From the IMG/VR virus record IMGVR_UViG_3300045988_106087, positions 1-62,951 of that record: a stretch of 62,951 nt of DNA. One strand, written 5' to 3'. The notes under the pieces were generated by a model. The model searched no databases. It saw nothing but the letters and a program-made list of their open reading frames with translations, and was not told the DNA's origin. Shown piece after piece: positions 62,652 to 62,951 of this stretch (positions are counted from its first letter, which is position 1; each line of letters begins with the position of its first letter). A program made the position numbers and the translations under genes. The stretch comes from a virus.

Positions 62652-62951
62652 CTTCTTGCAAGACACCACCCATGAAACGTTCAACCCGATAGCAGCCTAT
62701 GCTATGCATGGGAGCGGATTTGTTAGGGGAAAGGAACGAATAAAAAGGTTCTTTTCCGAAAATCTGAAACAATCAGACAGAGTTGCATTTCTAAAAAAAG
62801 AGTACGGTGTAGGTGGTTTTGGATTCTATAGCCGTGATCCTTGCGTGATACATCAAGGGGAATCGGACGCAAGAGGCCATACGATAGAATACAACGATGA
62901 AAACGGAAAATCATGTGAAATAAAGGTCACATACGCTGAATTAGAACGAGA
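62629..62951 (+). CDS. 5' part of a hypothetical protein that continues across the circular junction to nt 148
   Basis: ATG 62629. 'SIFDFL...FNPIAAYAMHGSGFVRGKERIKRFF...LKKEYGVGGFGF'. No stop before the window end. Confidence 0.65.
   Translation, partial: MNQMSIFDFLQDTTHETFNPIAAYAMHGSGFVRGKERIKRFFSENLKQSDRVAFLKKEYGVGGFGFYSRDPCVIHQGESDARGHTIEYNDENGKSCEIKVTYAELER
62853..62951. repeat. Terminal direct repeat, right copy
   Basis: Identical to nt 1-99. Confidence 0.95.

Larger units (their letters stand above)
1..62951. mobile_element. Complete circularly closed genome (unit 62,852 bp) of a contractile-tailed temperate phage / possible phage-plasmid, Bacillota (Clostridia-like) host inferred
   Basis: Full packaging, head, tail and lysis gene set plus replication, partition and recombinase genes. 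Exact 99-nt overlap between the two window ends. Confidence 0.85.

Overview
The window is one complete, circularly closed dsDNA phage genome. Its first 99 nt are repeated exactly at 62853..62951, so the unit length is 62,852 bp and one CDS reads across the junction. Gene content points to a contractile-tailed (PBSX/Xkd-like myovirus) temperate phage or phage-plasmid of a Bacillota, probably Clostridia-type, host.

Genome layout:
- 1-4.8 kb: small early genes, two ParB-like paralogs and a C5 methyltransferase.
- 4.9-21 kb: packaging and head module (terS, terL, Mu gp29-like portal, MuF, XkdF-type protease, scaffold, decoration protein, capsid). A 5 kb accessory island interrupts it.
- 21-41 kb: connector, sheath, tube, chaperone with a -1 frameshift, 1565-aa tape measure, Xkd-like baseplate and fibres.
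- 40.9-42.2 kb: holin and endolysin.
- 42.3-44.6 kb: a leftward accessory/immunity cassette.
- 44.9-62.9 kb: rightward early region with HNH endonuclease, a second C5 methyltransferase, ParA/ParG-like partition genes, a large serine recombinase, a Spo0A_C-like regulator, a Rad50/SbcC-like ATPase, a RecT-like protein, an MBL nuclease, an AEP-type Rep, an SLT transglycosylase and RecU.

Most interesting observations:
1. A set of toxin/effector-like domains (two ART-like, one papain-fold glutamine-deamidase-like, several unknown) is fused to or placed next to the XkdF prohead protease. The domains are separated by seven copies of a conserved 'AKSFSEILK...FNPYHD..GRF' linker, which suggests capsid-packaged, protease-released, injected effectors.
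2. A DUF2829 (Tad2-type anti-Thoeris) domain is fused to an extra N-terminal domain inside the head module.
3. A 140-codon same-strand ORF with its own Shine-Dalgarno (SD) ribosome-binding sequence is nested in the +1 frame of the large C5 methyltransferase gene, and it translates into a protein-like sequence.
4. Promoters and leaders are built from shared parts: near-identical leftward promoters for the two reverse-strand cassettes, and an 'ACAGAAAC' motif at or near the start of five early leaders.
5. Plasmid-type partition and Rep genes co-occur with a serine recombinase.
6. Four phased 11-bp repeats between terS and terL are a candidate pac site.

All functional calls come from motif recognition by eye. 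No database search was run.
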